64,000 nucleotides of DNA from Basidiobolus meristosporus CBS 931.73 (GCA_002104905.1 MCFE01000055.1:62001-126000), one strand, 5' to 3'; counted from the first letter of the stretch, positions 13,272 to 26,449 are shown. A program made the numbers and translations. The notes: a model not told the origin generated them from the letters alone.

Positions 13272-14240
13272 ACTCCTAAATATCCTTAAGGCTCTTGATC
13301 CCCAGTAGTCAAGTAGTTTCTCGGCTGTTTATTTTGTATTTATTCATAAATTCAATTTTGGTTATTCCCTCAGAGCGAATATGAAGATTCGAGCAAAATA
13401 AATCATTTCGTTGACAGAATTGTTCCGTAATTTTGCTATTCGTTTTGCCAGATGCTTACGAAATGACAAGGGATTGACTTGCTTGGCATTTATGTCCACC
13501 TCCCGTGCTGTATGAATATGACAGGATCTAGAGCTTGAAGGCGTATTAGATACTCTACACTCGGAGTTAGATCGATGTATCATACTATGCGAACAGTACA
13601 AACCGTAGATCTAGACTTGCTATCACCATGACCGCCAAATTAGTCCTACAAAAACCCAGTCTCCTTTAAATGAGAGCAATCCTTGCAGGTGATTCGTTGG
13701 GAGTTAATGATTTTGCCTCAACCTGGTAATGGAATGCAGCACTCTGGTTTTACCATATATGGTAGCTCCTTGGCATTTTTCTTCGATATGAATAATCTTG
13801 TTATATGTAGCACAACGAAAGTCAATAGTCCCAAGGGTCATCATTCACGCGCATTTTAAGAGTTACACTTGGCATCAAGTAGAGTACTTCTAGATCAGCG
13901 TAGCGAAGCCCGGATTCATAGTGGAAATGATGTGCTTGCACTAATATCAAGTACTCAAGCCATTTTTGTTGATTTTGATTAGATACAATACGGCATGAGC
14001 GGGGACGCACACACTCAGTTTGTTAATATCTTAAAGATCCAGACACAAATTGATAGTTTCTCATTTTCAGCTTGGGCCTGGATTTGCAACTATTCCACAA
14101 CCGTCAATGGTCAAGTCATATGATTTTCTCATGTACGATATCTTGATAGTTTTTAAAGTGCTTGTGTGTGCTTCTCTTCGAGATTATTGACGCGTTCCGT
14201 TCGATACTCACCCCAAATCACCATCAAACAAGAATCTAGC

Positions 14241-16467
14241 ATGGTACTCTGTCTATGTTGATATATTCGACTGAATACGTACGGCTGACATTTCTTTACT
14301 CTACAGACTCAAACTCCAGAAGTTATCATTGTTGGTGCCGGTGTTATGGGCCCAGCTCTTGCATATGCTTTAGCTAATGATGGCAGAAAGGTCTTATTAA
14401 TAGGTAATATTATTGCTTTGAATTCTTCACAAGTACCCAAATGTACTTACTCTGTTAACTTATACCAGAGAAAAATTGGGAAGAGCCTGACAGAATTGTA
14501 GGCGAATTACTTCAACCTGGTGGGGTTGAAGCCTTGCAAGAATTAGGCTTAGTTGGTAAACACCGAATTTGTACGATATGCACGTATTCGGGACGTTTTC
14601 TCATTCCTTTTTATGATCAAGACTGTATTGAGGGAATTGATGGTATTCCAGTCGATGGCTATGGTGTATTGTACCAAGGAGAAGCCGTACAAATCCCTTA
14701 TCCTAAGAACAGCAAAGGCCAAACAATTAAGGGAAAAGCTTTCCACCATGGCCGCTTTGTCATGAAGCTTCGCGAGGCAGCCAAGAGTTGCCCTAAGTAG
14801 GTGTAGCACCCTTTTCCCGATTTAACATTAATTAATTAGATATCTCATAATATAGCGTGACTGCTATCGAAGCCACTGTAAACTCTCTGATCAAGGATAA
14901 AACTGGTCGCGTAACTGGTGTTTCCTGCACTCAAAAATACGATAATGAAGAAAGGGTCGTTGAGGTAGCTGATATTCATTTTTTTAACAGATCATACAGA
15001 TTCTAGAACTCAAGTGACGGTCAACGTAGTACTTTGCACCACTGACCTTCGTCGCCGATGGAATTTTCTCCAAATTCAGAAAGGAGTATCTTCCTGTACA
15101 ACCGAAACTAAGATCGCATTTTGTTGGGTAGATTTTCATTTTGATTTACCTGCCTCTTCCACTTTTGTAAATAAGCTTACCACACAACAGATTTGTCATG
15201 AAGAATACGACTTTGCCATATCCTCGGCATGGTCATGTTATTTTGGCTAAAGACACTCCTATCCTTATGTACCAAGTGTGTACTTTTCAAAAGACTTGAA
15301 ACCACTTTTACATTCTAGCTTATTTGATTACAGATTGGTGCTAATGAAGTTCGCGTCCTCATTGATTTTCGAGGGAAGCTGCCTAACATTCCCAATGGTG
15401 AAATGAAGGTACCGACGGCTTTGACAACTATCATCTGAATCTTACATATCTCATGCATTTCTTCAGCAATACTTGCTGGAACACATACTTCCTGAAGTTC
15501 CAAAAGAAGTTCAGGTACGTCGTATCATGATGTTATTACTTTCGTCTCTCGTATTAATAGTATAGCACAGTCAGGGTTCAAAGATGGAGTCGAGAACGAT
15601 CGAATTCGCTCAATGACCAACAGCTTCCTCCCTCCTACTCGTAACATTCATCGTGGAGTTATATTGATTGGTGATGCTATGAATATGAGACATCCTTTGA
15701 CCGGAGGTTAGTTTTCGTTGGTGCTTACGCTGTCATATACAGTTTATTCAATGATGTCTAGGTGGTATGACTGTCACATTTTGGGATGCCGTTCATGTTG
15801 CCAATCTGCTCTCCAAGGACACTGTACCTGACCTTAACGATACTGCTTTGGTTATACAGCAAATGAAGAAACACCACTGGAATCGTAAATCTCGTGCATC
15901 CATGATCAATATTCTTGCCATGGCTTTGTACTCGTTGTTCTCTGCTCCAGAAAACTGTAAGTCTCCTTTCATGATCATAGCTCATTTATTGGCTAAATTC
16001 TTACTTTGTGTCTGACCGTTTTAGCCGACAACTTGAGAATCCTCCAACTCTCATGCTTCAAATACTTTCAATTAGGTGGAATTGCAGTATCCGGTCCTAT
16101 TGGATTACTTGCTGGGTAAGGAAATACTATTCGTAACATACGTGTACCACCATTGATGCTAACGTTTGACTACCATGATAGTTTAATTCCAAATCCTCTT
16201 GTCTTAATGTTCCACTTTTATGCTGTTGCGTTCTACGGTATACTTTACCAGGTCCTTCTTGCTCCAATGCTCCCAGCTTCAGCTGCTCCTACATCAGGGC
16301 AATTCAAGCATGTCACTTCTGGATCGTGTTGCAGCCGCATGAATATCACTCCAGGAACTGTTGCTCTTACCGTGGCCTACCTCCCTTTGAATACTATCAA
16401 AGCTGTTAGCGTGTTGTACACTGCCTGTGTCGTGTTCCTTCCCTTGGTATGGAGTGAATTATGTTAG
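14241..16467 (+). CDS. ERG1: Squalene epoxidase (squalene monooxygenase)
   Basis: ATG-only first exon (14241-14243), intron to 14306, then TQTPEVIIVGAGVMG (FAD GxGxxG). Motifs PDRIVGELLQPGG, FHHGRF, APLTFVADG, IGDAMNMRHPLTGGGMTV and INILAMALYSLF follow, ending in C-terminal hydrophobic segments. About 11 GT-AG introns. Confidence 0.95.
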
Positions 16468-17444
16468 ACTGAAAGCAGCATTCCTAAAGAATCGATATGA
16501 TGTGGAGCATCTGATCATTCTTTACTTCCTTGCAGATTTAGAATATCACTGATTTGTATCAAAATTAGATTTCTAGACCTGAGTTCTCACCAATCCACCG
16601 AAATTTTGAATAATAATCAATATCTTTGAACTAAGGGTTCATTCATCGTATTAGATTACTTTGGGGATAATTCATTTAATAGGGATGAGGCTTGGCTCAA
16701 TGTGCATCTTCGCAATAATAATATTAACCTCTCTTACTATAATCCTATATACATCATTGCGATGTTTCCCTTAAGAAGCTTGATATTTGGAAAACTATCA
16801 GCTATGGTGCGCGTGAAATGACTGCTTCGTTTTCTACATTACATTCCCAGGTTTGTGACGAGGAATATTTTAGATATGCATTCTTATTATGCATTATTGG
16901 TTGTATATGGCATTTGGTACTACATAATATTGTAAGATTCAGGCCGAATAGCGCTTACCAAATAAAGGCGCATATTGTGGCACTTTCGCGTACGATATAT
17001 AGGTCTCTATCTGAATACTCCAGTACTGTATTATGAATATATATAAATAATGAGATTGTGCATGCTGAAAAGCCCCTATTACCAACAACTCAAGAAGAAT
17101 TACCCTCAGGATCATATGTTTGTTATTGCAGAAAGTAACATAGCTTCACATCGTTATGTTGATTGTTGGTAACATCGATTGACTAACAGTAGGTATGGCT
17201 TGAACAATCTTCGTGATTGACATTGAATCTCGACATCAGTGTATATCTTGTCATCACATTCCACCTCAGCCTTTCCTTCAGCTTACTATTCTGCGCATAA
17301 ATAGTCCATCATTTTCTATTAGCGATACTAAGGGGCCAGAAGCTGATACCCCTGAGGCTCTGCCGTCAGGGATATTTGAGCAGCGTCCGCATGCTTGGAA
17401 GGCCACAGTCAAGTAGTTGATTTTATATTTTCAAGCTGTCACAG

Positions 17445-18225
17445 AGGTTGAACAACAGAGTGCACGAAGTCATTCGAAAGCGTTCAATTCGCTACAAGTA
17501 CTATGCATTCTACGAGAAATATTATCCACCTCTAATCGACCCAGCACCTTGGAGATGACTATGGAGGCGGTCATAAAAAATATTGTTTTTTTGACTCCAT
17601 TGGGGCTCTTGCACGGATTCTTTCAGTCCAATCCAATATCTGGCTCACTCAAATACTCCATTTATTTACATAACAGTTTTTCAAGGGTTACGATGAAAGC
17701 AATCTAGCATTTGAGTTAGCTGAAAAAGGATCAGCTGGATTCTTTCATAGGACTGAGTATTCACACATTTTCAAATTCCCAACCAAAGAGAATTTGGATG
17801 ACTGGTGAAGCGCTATCAAGGAATTCACGAAGTCGACGGAGGAGACTCCATCCAGCAACAGCTCTCAAGTGGTTGCTCCAACCACCACGGCCACTGTAGA
17901 TCCGACGGACAACACCGAGCCTGCTGCACAGCAACCCAAAGCCGCCACAAAGGTGTTGGCAAATGCTGTTTAGCCTACACAAACACATGCAGCAGCTCAA
18001 GCTCAAACTACACCTACCTTATAACCCATTTCCTCCACACCTCCACAATCACATAGTTTAATGTCTAGTTCGCAGCAAAGCTCGTTACCACAAATGACGC
18101 CAAGTGAGAACGACCATAATAATCAGCTACAGAGCGTTTATTTCAGTGCCCTACAAGGCGTCCCCAATGTAGTAATCTTCGCAACTTGCATCCAGCAAAG
18201 AAAATACAGGACAATATATATCTAG
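17445..18225 (+). pseudogene. Probable pseudogene: PH-like domain followed by a P/T/Q-rich low-complexity tail
   Basis: The frame 17677-18225 reads FFKGYDESNLAFELAEK...YSHIFKFPTKENLDDW*SAIKEF...VLANAV*PTQTHAAAQAQTTPTL*PISSTPPQS. It has three internal stops (TGA 17806, TAG 17971, TAA 18022) and no frameshift. F.F..KE.LD.W.SAI resembles the PH beta7/C-terminal helix. Confidence 0.55.
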
Positions 18226-18487
18226 TTAATAGTAGAGTCCGGTATGCTTGATTAATATTGGATAAATGCTAATTTGATGGTCGAAAATCCAAATAAATCA
18301 CCAATGAAGTTGAGATTAAATTCGATATGTAGTAAAAATCAAATTTCAGTAGCAATTATTTCAAATCAACATTGTTGAATGTTTAAACTATTGATAGCTC
18401 TTAGCTTCTAATCGAACGCAAGGAACATCAACTTGATTGCCATCAATGAGTTCACAAGCCGCACAACTCTTACATCATAGACAGCAG

Positions 18488-20508
18488 ATGGCCAACTTAG
18501 GCAACGGCCAAGCTGACATGAATGCAATGAACCAAAAGGTATTTTCTTCAGTTGCAAACAAGCATCCGAGAGTCGTTGGTCCAAAGATTCATTAATCCTG
18601 TATTAGCAAAACAGCGTTAAGCGCCCTGGTGAGGCTACCGGTTCAACGTAGTTTTTCATTTGAGTTTTGATTCTGACTTGAACGAAAAATAACAATAGTT
18701 GCGTGTTTCACTCACCTCTAGTTACGTGAAGAGAAAACCAACGGATCGGAATTTACCATCAAAAGTAGTTTTCTTGTTTCTTGCTTCGTGATTGTGCTGA
18801 CACTAACATCCTCCCACCAGATCGAAAGCACCCTACCAGAGGCCAAACTATACGCTCAACTTCAAGCACAAGAAAGAAAGCTAGATGCTCTAGTAACACG
18901 TAAAAAACTCGATCTTCAAGATGCGCTTATGAAACCCTTCTACGTATGAATCCTGATTGCATTACCATGAGTACCTGTGACTAATCTATAAACACGAAAA
19001 GACAAAGAAAACTCTCAGGATATTCGTGTCAAATCTGGCGATTGACCAACCGAATATGGTTGACCAAGCGGCCAATTCTTCTGGGGTTCCTACTTGGATT
19101 TTAAAGATCGAAGGAAGAATTGTGGACGTATGTGCCGCTCGCGTTGTTGTTGGATTAATGCTGTTCGAGATTTATACTGACTATTTATTATTCATAAGAT
19201 TACCGGAAAGCCGATACCAGACCAGCCAAAATTTTCATCTTTAATTCAGTCAATGAACATTGAACTAGAGCGGGATCCTACACTCTATTCCGAAGGAAAT
19301 AAGATTGAGGTTTGCACTTTATTTTAGTTTCTTAGTTTTGCAGTAGTTAATGATGAACTTGAAGTGGAGCAAGCCTAGTTCAGGTCAAGAAACTGATGGC
19401 TTCGAAATCAAACGACGGGGTGATACTGATGTTCGAGCAAAGATTGAGCTGACTCTAAGCAACCCTGCGGAGCAATACAAGCTTTCCAAGGCACTTGCCC
19501 ACTTGCTAGGCTTTGAAACGGGTACGCAATCGGCTGTTATTATGGGATTGTGGCAATACATAAAGGTATGTCCTCAGCTTTTTGATTCATTTTCTATTGC
19601 TGAACTCTAACCATGTATGCGAATTAGTTCAACTCTTTGCAGGATCCCCAAGAAAAGCACTTCGTCAACAATGACGACAACTTACGAAATGTAGGTCAAA
19701 GATTGATTTTTTAGTCGCAGGCTTTTAACACTTTCTATTGTAAGATTTTCTATATGCCCAAGATGGCTTTTCCACAGATTCCTGATTTAGTTAAGCGACA
19801 TCTCTTTCCCTTAGACCCAATAATTATAGAGCATACGATCAGGTACTTTTATATGAAAGTGAGCATCTAATTTTTATTACCTACTTACCGTTTCAAATAC
19901 TCAGAGTGGATCTACCGGAGTTCAAACCAAACCAAGCTTATGATATCCAGGTCGATGTACCGGATGAATATAGAGTAAAACTGGAAAGCATGCTATCCAA
20001 TAACGACTCCCACCAAAAAGAAATTGCCGCTTTGGATGAAAAGGTTGCATCATTATCTTGCTGATTCTTTGAATATTCGAACTCTAACTTGAAATCTGAA
20101 AAGATTGTACAATATGTTCATGCACTTCATAACGCCACCATCAAACGAGACTTTTTCTTCGGATTCTCCTCCAAACCCACCCAATTCTTCCAATCATGGA
20201 TAGGCTCACAGACTAAAGACCTCGAGGTAACTCCTACATAACATGGCTTTTGTTTTCATCAATGACTGGACTGATTTCGACCTCGCAGACAATATTGGGT
20301 GACTCGTATTCGTTGGACCTGGATGATCCACGGAAGGCAGACTTATTCGGTCAGCCTTGGGTTGATGAAGCAGTGTTCCATTACTTGAGTGCCAAAGTAG
20401 GTTAATCGAGGATACAGATTTCTTCTCTGCTCTTCTCTTCTTGTACTAACACCTCATCACCAGAGTCAACATCAGTATACTGACCCAACAAGATCTGGTG
20501 GCTTTTAA
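18488..20508 (+). CDS. SNF12: SWI/SNF-RSC subunit SMARCD/BAF60/Snf12 (SWIB domain)
   Basis: Motifs KRKPTDRNLP, LPEAKLYAQLQAQERKLDAL, WILKIEGR, DGFEIKRRGD, YKLSKALAHLLG...VIMGLWQYIK and FIQSWIGSQTKDLE are spread over many short GT-AG introns. Confidence 0.92.
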
Positions 20509-21556
20509 GTTGTCATAAAATATCACTTCAAAAACTGATGGAAACACAAATTCGATATTTATTCATCAGAGTTTTCTTGATACTTAGTGTAGTACATTAC
20601 ACATCTGCGCCTTGATTTATTTATTTTGATATGAAGCAAGAATAAATAGAAACGATTATTGAACACATAGCCATTTCATTACACTTGCTCCATTATGAGG
20701 CATTTCAGCTACCGCTTAGTTCGATGTAAGCTGTCCTACTTATTCTTGGCGCGTTAGCATCAAAAAAACCATTCGCCAAAGTCTGGAACTTACCGCGAGT
20801 GTGGGTATTAATATTAAGTATGGATGGTGAAGTCTTTTGTAGGCTGGGCTTTGCTGATTCGTACATTCATCAAGCCTTTAAGTCAATTCTTGATAGTTCC
20901 AATATTTCTTCAAATATATCCACTACATATGGCACTTGGCCAGGGTGGAGCTTACAAGATGCTGCTTGAAATGAATTTGGGGAACGAATGGTTTTTCTAA
21001 CGTTTTCCCATAACAGTAGTCTGCTTCCACCAGTATGTTTATTGACGTGGTAGAAATATGGATATCTACTAATATTAACGATTTTTGGCATCATCAGAAT
21101 AGCCGTATATTCTCATGGTTAATGAACAGCGAATATTAGGTATTCGTTGGGAAAAAGGACCAAGATGTACATTGGACTGGAGGGACCTATCAAATTCACT
21201 CTTTCGGCAGCTCCTGAATTATAATATTTCACCTGACGCATCTGTTGAGAATCCGCACCATGCATGGTTCTCACGAATGGAGCTACGTCCTTCTAATTGA
21301 CCCTCTTTTGCCTCTATCAACATACCGTGGCAAAATCTTGATTGTTAGTTTAATCAAGGGTTATCAGTGACCGCTCATCCCTCCAATCAGCTATAGTTCT
21401 TGTCAAATATTCGCACGGTGGGATCCCACAATGGTATATATAGTGACACAATGTACAATACCTAATCCACTTTGTCACAGGATATCCTACAAGTATTCCC
21501 CACATATAAACATATCATAGCCTTCCGCCACTTCACTGCCATCCCACATCACGATC

Positions 21557-23062
21557 ATGTCTCTCAGAATCACTACCACTCGTGCCGCCGGACTTCTGAA
21601 CCAAATTGTACACCGTATTTCTTTCCTTCCTTTTCAAGACTCTCCTTATTGACGTTGTACGTTTCGCATTTTAGACCCGTGGCTCTGTAACTTCCGTACC
21701 AAGAAGATTTATTTCTAATGATACATACAACACCCACGTATCAGGTTTGTCAGAGGACCAGGCCCACGTAATGAAATTTCTATGAATAATCGTTGACTAT
21801 TGAAGACTCTAACATCATTCATATCCAGTTCAGACAAAGCGTTCATGATTTTGCCCAAAAGGAACTTGCTCCTCGGGCCGCTGATATCGACAGAGATAAC
21901 GAATTCCCATCAGTAAGCTTGCTCTTCTGACTCCCGTGCTTCTTATGGCTATTGCTAACTTCATGAAATAGGATATGTGGAAGAAGTTTGGTGATATGGG
22001 GCTGCTTGGTATAACTGCGCCAGAGAAATATGGCGGCCTTGGTCTAGGATACCTTGAGCATACCCTTGTTATGGAAGAATTGAGCAGAGCTTCTGGCTCC
22101 GTTGCACTTAGCTACGGTGCTCACTCAAACTTGTGTGTCAACCAGATTGTGAGGAATGGTAACGAGGCCCAAAAATCGAAATATTTACCCAAGGTACGAT
22201 CGTAATGACCAGCTATTCCAAGATATTGTCGAACTAATCTCTTTCACAGTTGATCAGCGGTGAGCACGTAGGCGCATTGGCCATGAGTGAGCCTGGGGCT
22301 GGGTCTGATGTCGTATCCATGCGTCTCCGCGCAGAAAAGAAGGGAGATCGGTACATCTTGAACGGTTCTAAGATGTGGATCACCAACGGCCCCGATGCCG
22401 ATACATTGGTTGTATACGCTAAAACCAATCCAGAAGCTGGTGCTCATGGCATTACTGCTTTCTTGATTGAAAAAGGATTCAAGGGATTCAGCATTGCCCA
22501 GAAGCTTGACAAACTTGGCATGCGAGGCTCAAACACAGGTGAGCTTGTTTTCGAAGACTGTGAAGTACCTGTAGAGAATGTGCTCGGTGAAGAAGGAAAA
22601 GGGGTTTACGTCTTGATGAGTGGTTTGGATTACGAGAGACTAGTTCTCTCAGGTGGCCCATTGGGTTTGATGCAAGCCGCTTTGGATGTTACCATACCCT
22701 ATGTCCATACTAGAAAGCAATTCAACAAGGCAATTGGTGAATTCCAACTCCTCCAAGGCAAAATTGCTGATATGTATACCAAATTAATGGCCAGTCGCTC
22801 CTACGTTTATTCTGTTGCCAGGGCTTGTGACAATGGTCACTCCAGCAACAAAGACTGTGCTGGTGTTATCCTCTATACCGCCGAACGAGCCACTGAAGTT
22901 GCTCTCGATGCTATCCAATGTTTGGGAGGTAATGGATATATCAATGAGTACCCAACTGGAAGAATCCTGCGAGATGCCAAATTATATGAAATTGGTGCTG
23001 GAACCAGCGAGATCCGTAGAATGCTTATTGGTCGTGAATTTAATAAGGAGTTCAAAGAGTAG
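21557..23062 (+). CDS. IVD: Isovaleryl-CoA dehydrogenase, mitochondrial
   Basis: Arg-rich presequence [12 protein letters not shown]. Motifs [62 protein letters not shown] and [21 protein letters not shown] are present. Confidence 0.96.
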
Positions 23063-24242
23063 TCAAGAAGTCTGTTTAACTGACTCTGGCATTTAAGCAT
23101 GTATGTAAAAAACAATAAAATCGTTAACAACTAGTCATAATATGCAGTCCATCCATTTTTGGTGCTGGTACCAATTCTTGGCTCCATATAATCGACATAT
23201 CGCATGCTACTGATTGTCTACACTGTGGCACATACATTGAAATTGCTTTTTTAACTGCTATTGCGACAGTAATCATCGCAATCGCCAGTGATGGCAATGC
23301 CATCAAAGCGGTGAAGGCCGAACGGTTCTCTCGAACCTGTGATGCGCTGCGTGAGCAAATAGGCTAGTTTCAGATCTTGGATGTGATGCCAAGTTCAAAT
23401 ACTAATAACCAGCACTTCTCTATTTTGTGAATGTATTGATTCATCTATAATTTGGGGCACTTATGAATAATGCTATTGGGACACACCAGCTATGCAGCCC
23501 ATATGTTACCTATTTCTTGTTCGTCTGTCCGTATGGCCAAGCTTACATTTAAAATCTAATGGTGTAGCCCATTATTGTTGAAATTGGATCAGGTTCCTCC
23601 ATGTATATGTCTACAAGTTGCCTAGGTTTGAGAAAGTTTTTTGCGGGCGCCCTATTACCAAAGAATACCTTTGGTGAAACTCAACACATGAATTGTATGG
23701 TAATTGATCGGCCCACCGGCCTTGGCTTCGGAATTGCCTGAATCGCCTTCAAGAATATTAGCTAAAAATGCGTCCAAGCTGGAGTATGCGCACAGGCAGA
23801 GTGTTCGGCTAACCAGCCATGATGCCTCTTACTGGAGAAACCAAATAGCCGCAAGATCAAAAATTCAGTGACTATCTTCACCTATTAATGCTAATCTACT
23901 GATTTTCAACACGATGCATTTAGGATAAAGTGAAGCTTCTTGTATTTCGTATTCTGCTTTGTAATTGACCTCAACTGTACCAGGTCCACTTTGGACATAA
24001 CCCTCTATATTTTAAATCAAGTTCCACTCATTATCAGATTAAAACAGGTATTTCTTATCTGATGCCTCCTTTTGACATAACTTTTCATTGATCCTGAATA
24101 TCTGTGCAAAGCTTCTTAGTGATACAAAGAATTTTGGACGAAGCTCTGTGTCGACTGATGTTCGCATATTTACGGCGTGTGCTACAATGAACTTGGTACA
24201 AAAGGTCCGAGCTCCCTTCACTACCGATTCAATCGATCCAAC

Positions 24243-25305
24243 ATGGACTATATTCTGTGGTTTGCTGACGAGTACGCTTTGGACGTAGTTTATGACAGCC
24301 TCGGCCACCTCGGTCTTCCTGTACTTGAACGTAACCAGATACTCCGCCAGTTCTGTAGTCTGACTTGCCTCAGTGCCTTTGGAACGTACTCTCTCTACAT
24401 GTTATTCTCAACACTTTCGTTCTACCTATTTTTCGATAAGAGGCAGATGAATCACCCGCGTTTCCTGAAAAACCAAATTCAACAGGAGGTCAAGATGTCT
24501 ACCGATGCTATTCCATTCATGGGATTACTGGTTTCACCCATCTTCATCCTTGAAGTCCGCGGACACTCTCTGCTCTACGAAAATGTAGATGAGTATGGGT
24601 GGATTTACTGGGTTTTCAGTGTATTCTTGTTCCTCTTTGCCACTGATTTTGGAATCTACTGGATCCACCGAGGATTGCATCACAAATCTGTCTACGCCAC
24701 TATTCACAAGGTATTTCTAGTTAGATATATGGCTTGCTTGGACCATTCATTGACTCTAGCATTCCTCAATGCCACAGCCCCATCATAAATGGATTGGTAT
24801 GTACAGCATATGTATGATAACCCCCGGTGGTTAACTTACCTCTTTTTAGTTCCCACCCCATACGCTTCTATCGCATTCCACCCAATTGATGGTTGGCTCC
24901 AATCCCTTCCTTATCATATCTGTATTTTCCTGTTCCCAATGCACAAATTCCTTTATCTTGCGCTGTTTAGTATTGTCCAAATCTGGTCGGTTCTGATCCA
25001 TGACGGTAAGTCGCTCGCCAGCTAGAGTTTTCCGAGTACAGCCCAGCTTAACCATCCTTGTAGGAGAGTATTTTACGCACGATCCGCTTATCAATAGTGC
25101 TGCTCATCACACCGTGCATCATTTGTATTTCAACTACAACTATGGGCAATATTTCACTTTATGGGACCGTATTGGTGGCTCTTACAGAAAGCCAGACGAG
25201 GAAGTCTACAACGTGGAGCTTCGAAGCACCAAAAAGGTATACGCCAAGCAAGCCCAGGAGATTGACGCCATAACGGCCACTCTGCAGAGTAAGGCCAAGC
25301 ATTGA
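24243..25305 (+). CDS. ERG3: Sterol C-5 desaturase, paralogue B
   Basis: Exons 24243-24710, 24778-24796, 24850-25005 and 25064-25305. His boxes HRGLH, HK|PHH and HHTVHH are intact. Intron positions are the same as in paralogue A. Confidence 0.95.
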
Positions 25306-25515
25306 TGAGCGTCCGGCAGCCTGTGGCGTAACGTCAAAGATCTATATCCTCTTTCATTGTTCCTGACATGGAATATTCCACAGTAGTCCATTTTGATGTA
25401 ACACTAAAGATATAAATGCAACCACTAATACCGAGAAACTCAATGTTTTATAGCAACATTGTGGGGGAGGAGAATTTTATTTACAACCAAGATCTGGCAT
25501 TGGATGACTTCTCTT

Positions 25516-26112
25516 TCATGCGTTGGGTTGAGGTAACTCCACTGGGGCCGGCTGGTTTGCACTGGCCGCCCTAAGGGATAACTTATAAATGATAAAGAAT
25601 ATCATTACTATAGCTAGAATCAGATAACACATGTGCCGTTTGTGTGGGACCGATATCATCCGAGTTAAGCGTTGCGTGGTTCCTCGAAAACGGGTTCCAA
25701 ACGAGTTGAAGGAGTTTCCCTAAAGACGCGGAGATTCGTTATAAGAATTCTATTCTATGGAAGGTGAATGATAGACGAATACGCACCGTCTCATCCACGA
25801 GCAAATTTTGTCCTTCCACCTCGTCATAAATGTTGGTAGTGATCTGGAGGGTGTTGGTTAGCTTTAGTAGGTCCTAGCTTCACATTAGAGTGGAACATCT
25901 ATTTACTCGGTGTAATGCGGATACTTTGGAGGAGAGTTCTTGAAGTCTCACATCGTTTTGTTGTTCGACCAGATGTGCCTCAGCTTGTTTTCGGCCATCC
26001 TCAGTATCACCGAACAGATTTCTCCTCGAGTTACTGCTGCTTCCCCTGGCGTTTATAAACTTAGCATGTTGGACGAGTCGACAGCTGAATGGGGCTCTTA
26101 CCAGTTTGACAT
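25516..26112 (-). CDS. BET1: Bet1/Sft1-type Qc-SNARE
   Basis: Four exons: MSNW|GSSS...EQQNDVRLQELSSKVSALHR|ITTNIYDEVEGQNLLVDET|GNSFNSFGTRFRGTTQRLTRM, then a C-terminal TM (LILAIVMIFFIIY). Confidence 0.85.
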
Positions 26113-26449
26113 TGCGAAGCTGTGTTGGTTGCGTTGTGATAAATAAGAATAATATGTAGGCGTGGGGGGAATATTTGGTAATCCAGGATAAGATTGTACA
26201 ATCGTAGGGGACGCTTGAAATCCGATCATTTTTGAACCACGAATCTCGTAGCAGCAATTAGGTTGCATCAGCACGATTGTCAAAGATAGGAAATTTAATT
26301 CATTAATCCATAAATGTTGGCATAATTATTCATTACAGGAAAGAGAATGAGATGAAGGTGAGGGGTTGTATGATCTCTCTGGGATATTTTCGGAGGGTGA
26401 TAAGAGTAGGTAAGCCGGTCACTAGAAAAAGCCGGTATGGAATTGGTCT

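Noticed and set aside
14125-14225. SREBP-like elements upstream of ERG1 (CTCACCCCAA, CATGTACGAT)
   Set aside because: Only partial matches, and no equivalent was found upstream of either ERG3; too weak without conservation data.
15900-15945. ERG1 terbinafine-resistance variant
   Set aside because: The Leu and Phe of the ALYSLF segment, where known resistance substitutions map, are retained. The upstream Met is at a position that already varies between species.
17806-17808. In-frame TGA as selenocysteine or programmed read-through
   Set aside because: The same frame also has TAG and TAA stops, the context is not a redox motif, and I recognised no SECIS-like hairpin. A 51-nt GT-AG intron (17805-17855) could remove the TGA, but it has no clear branch point and would delete the conserved-looking helix.
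23124-23400. GTTCGA T-loop-like match and Cys-rich frame (FDGIAITGDCDDYCR) on the minus strand
   Set aside because: No cloverleaf or A box can be formed, and the peptide is short, stop-ridden and unassignable.
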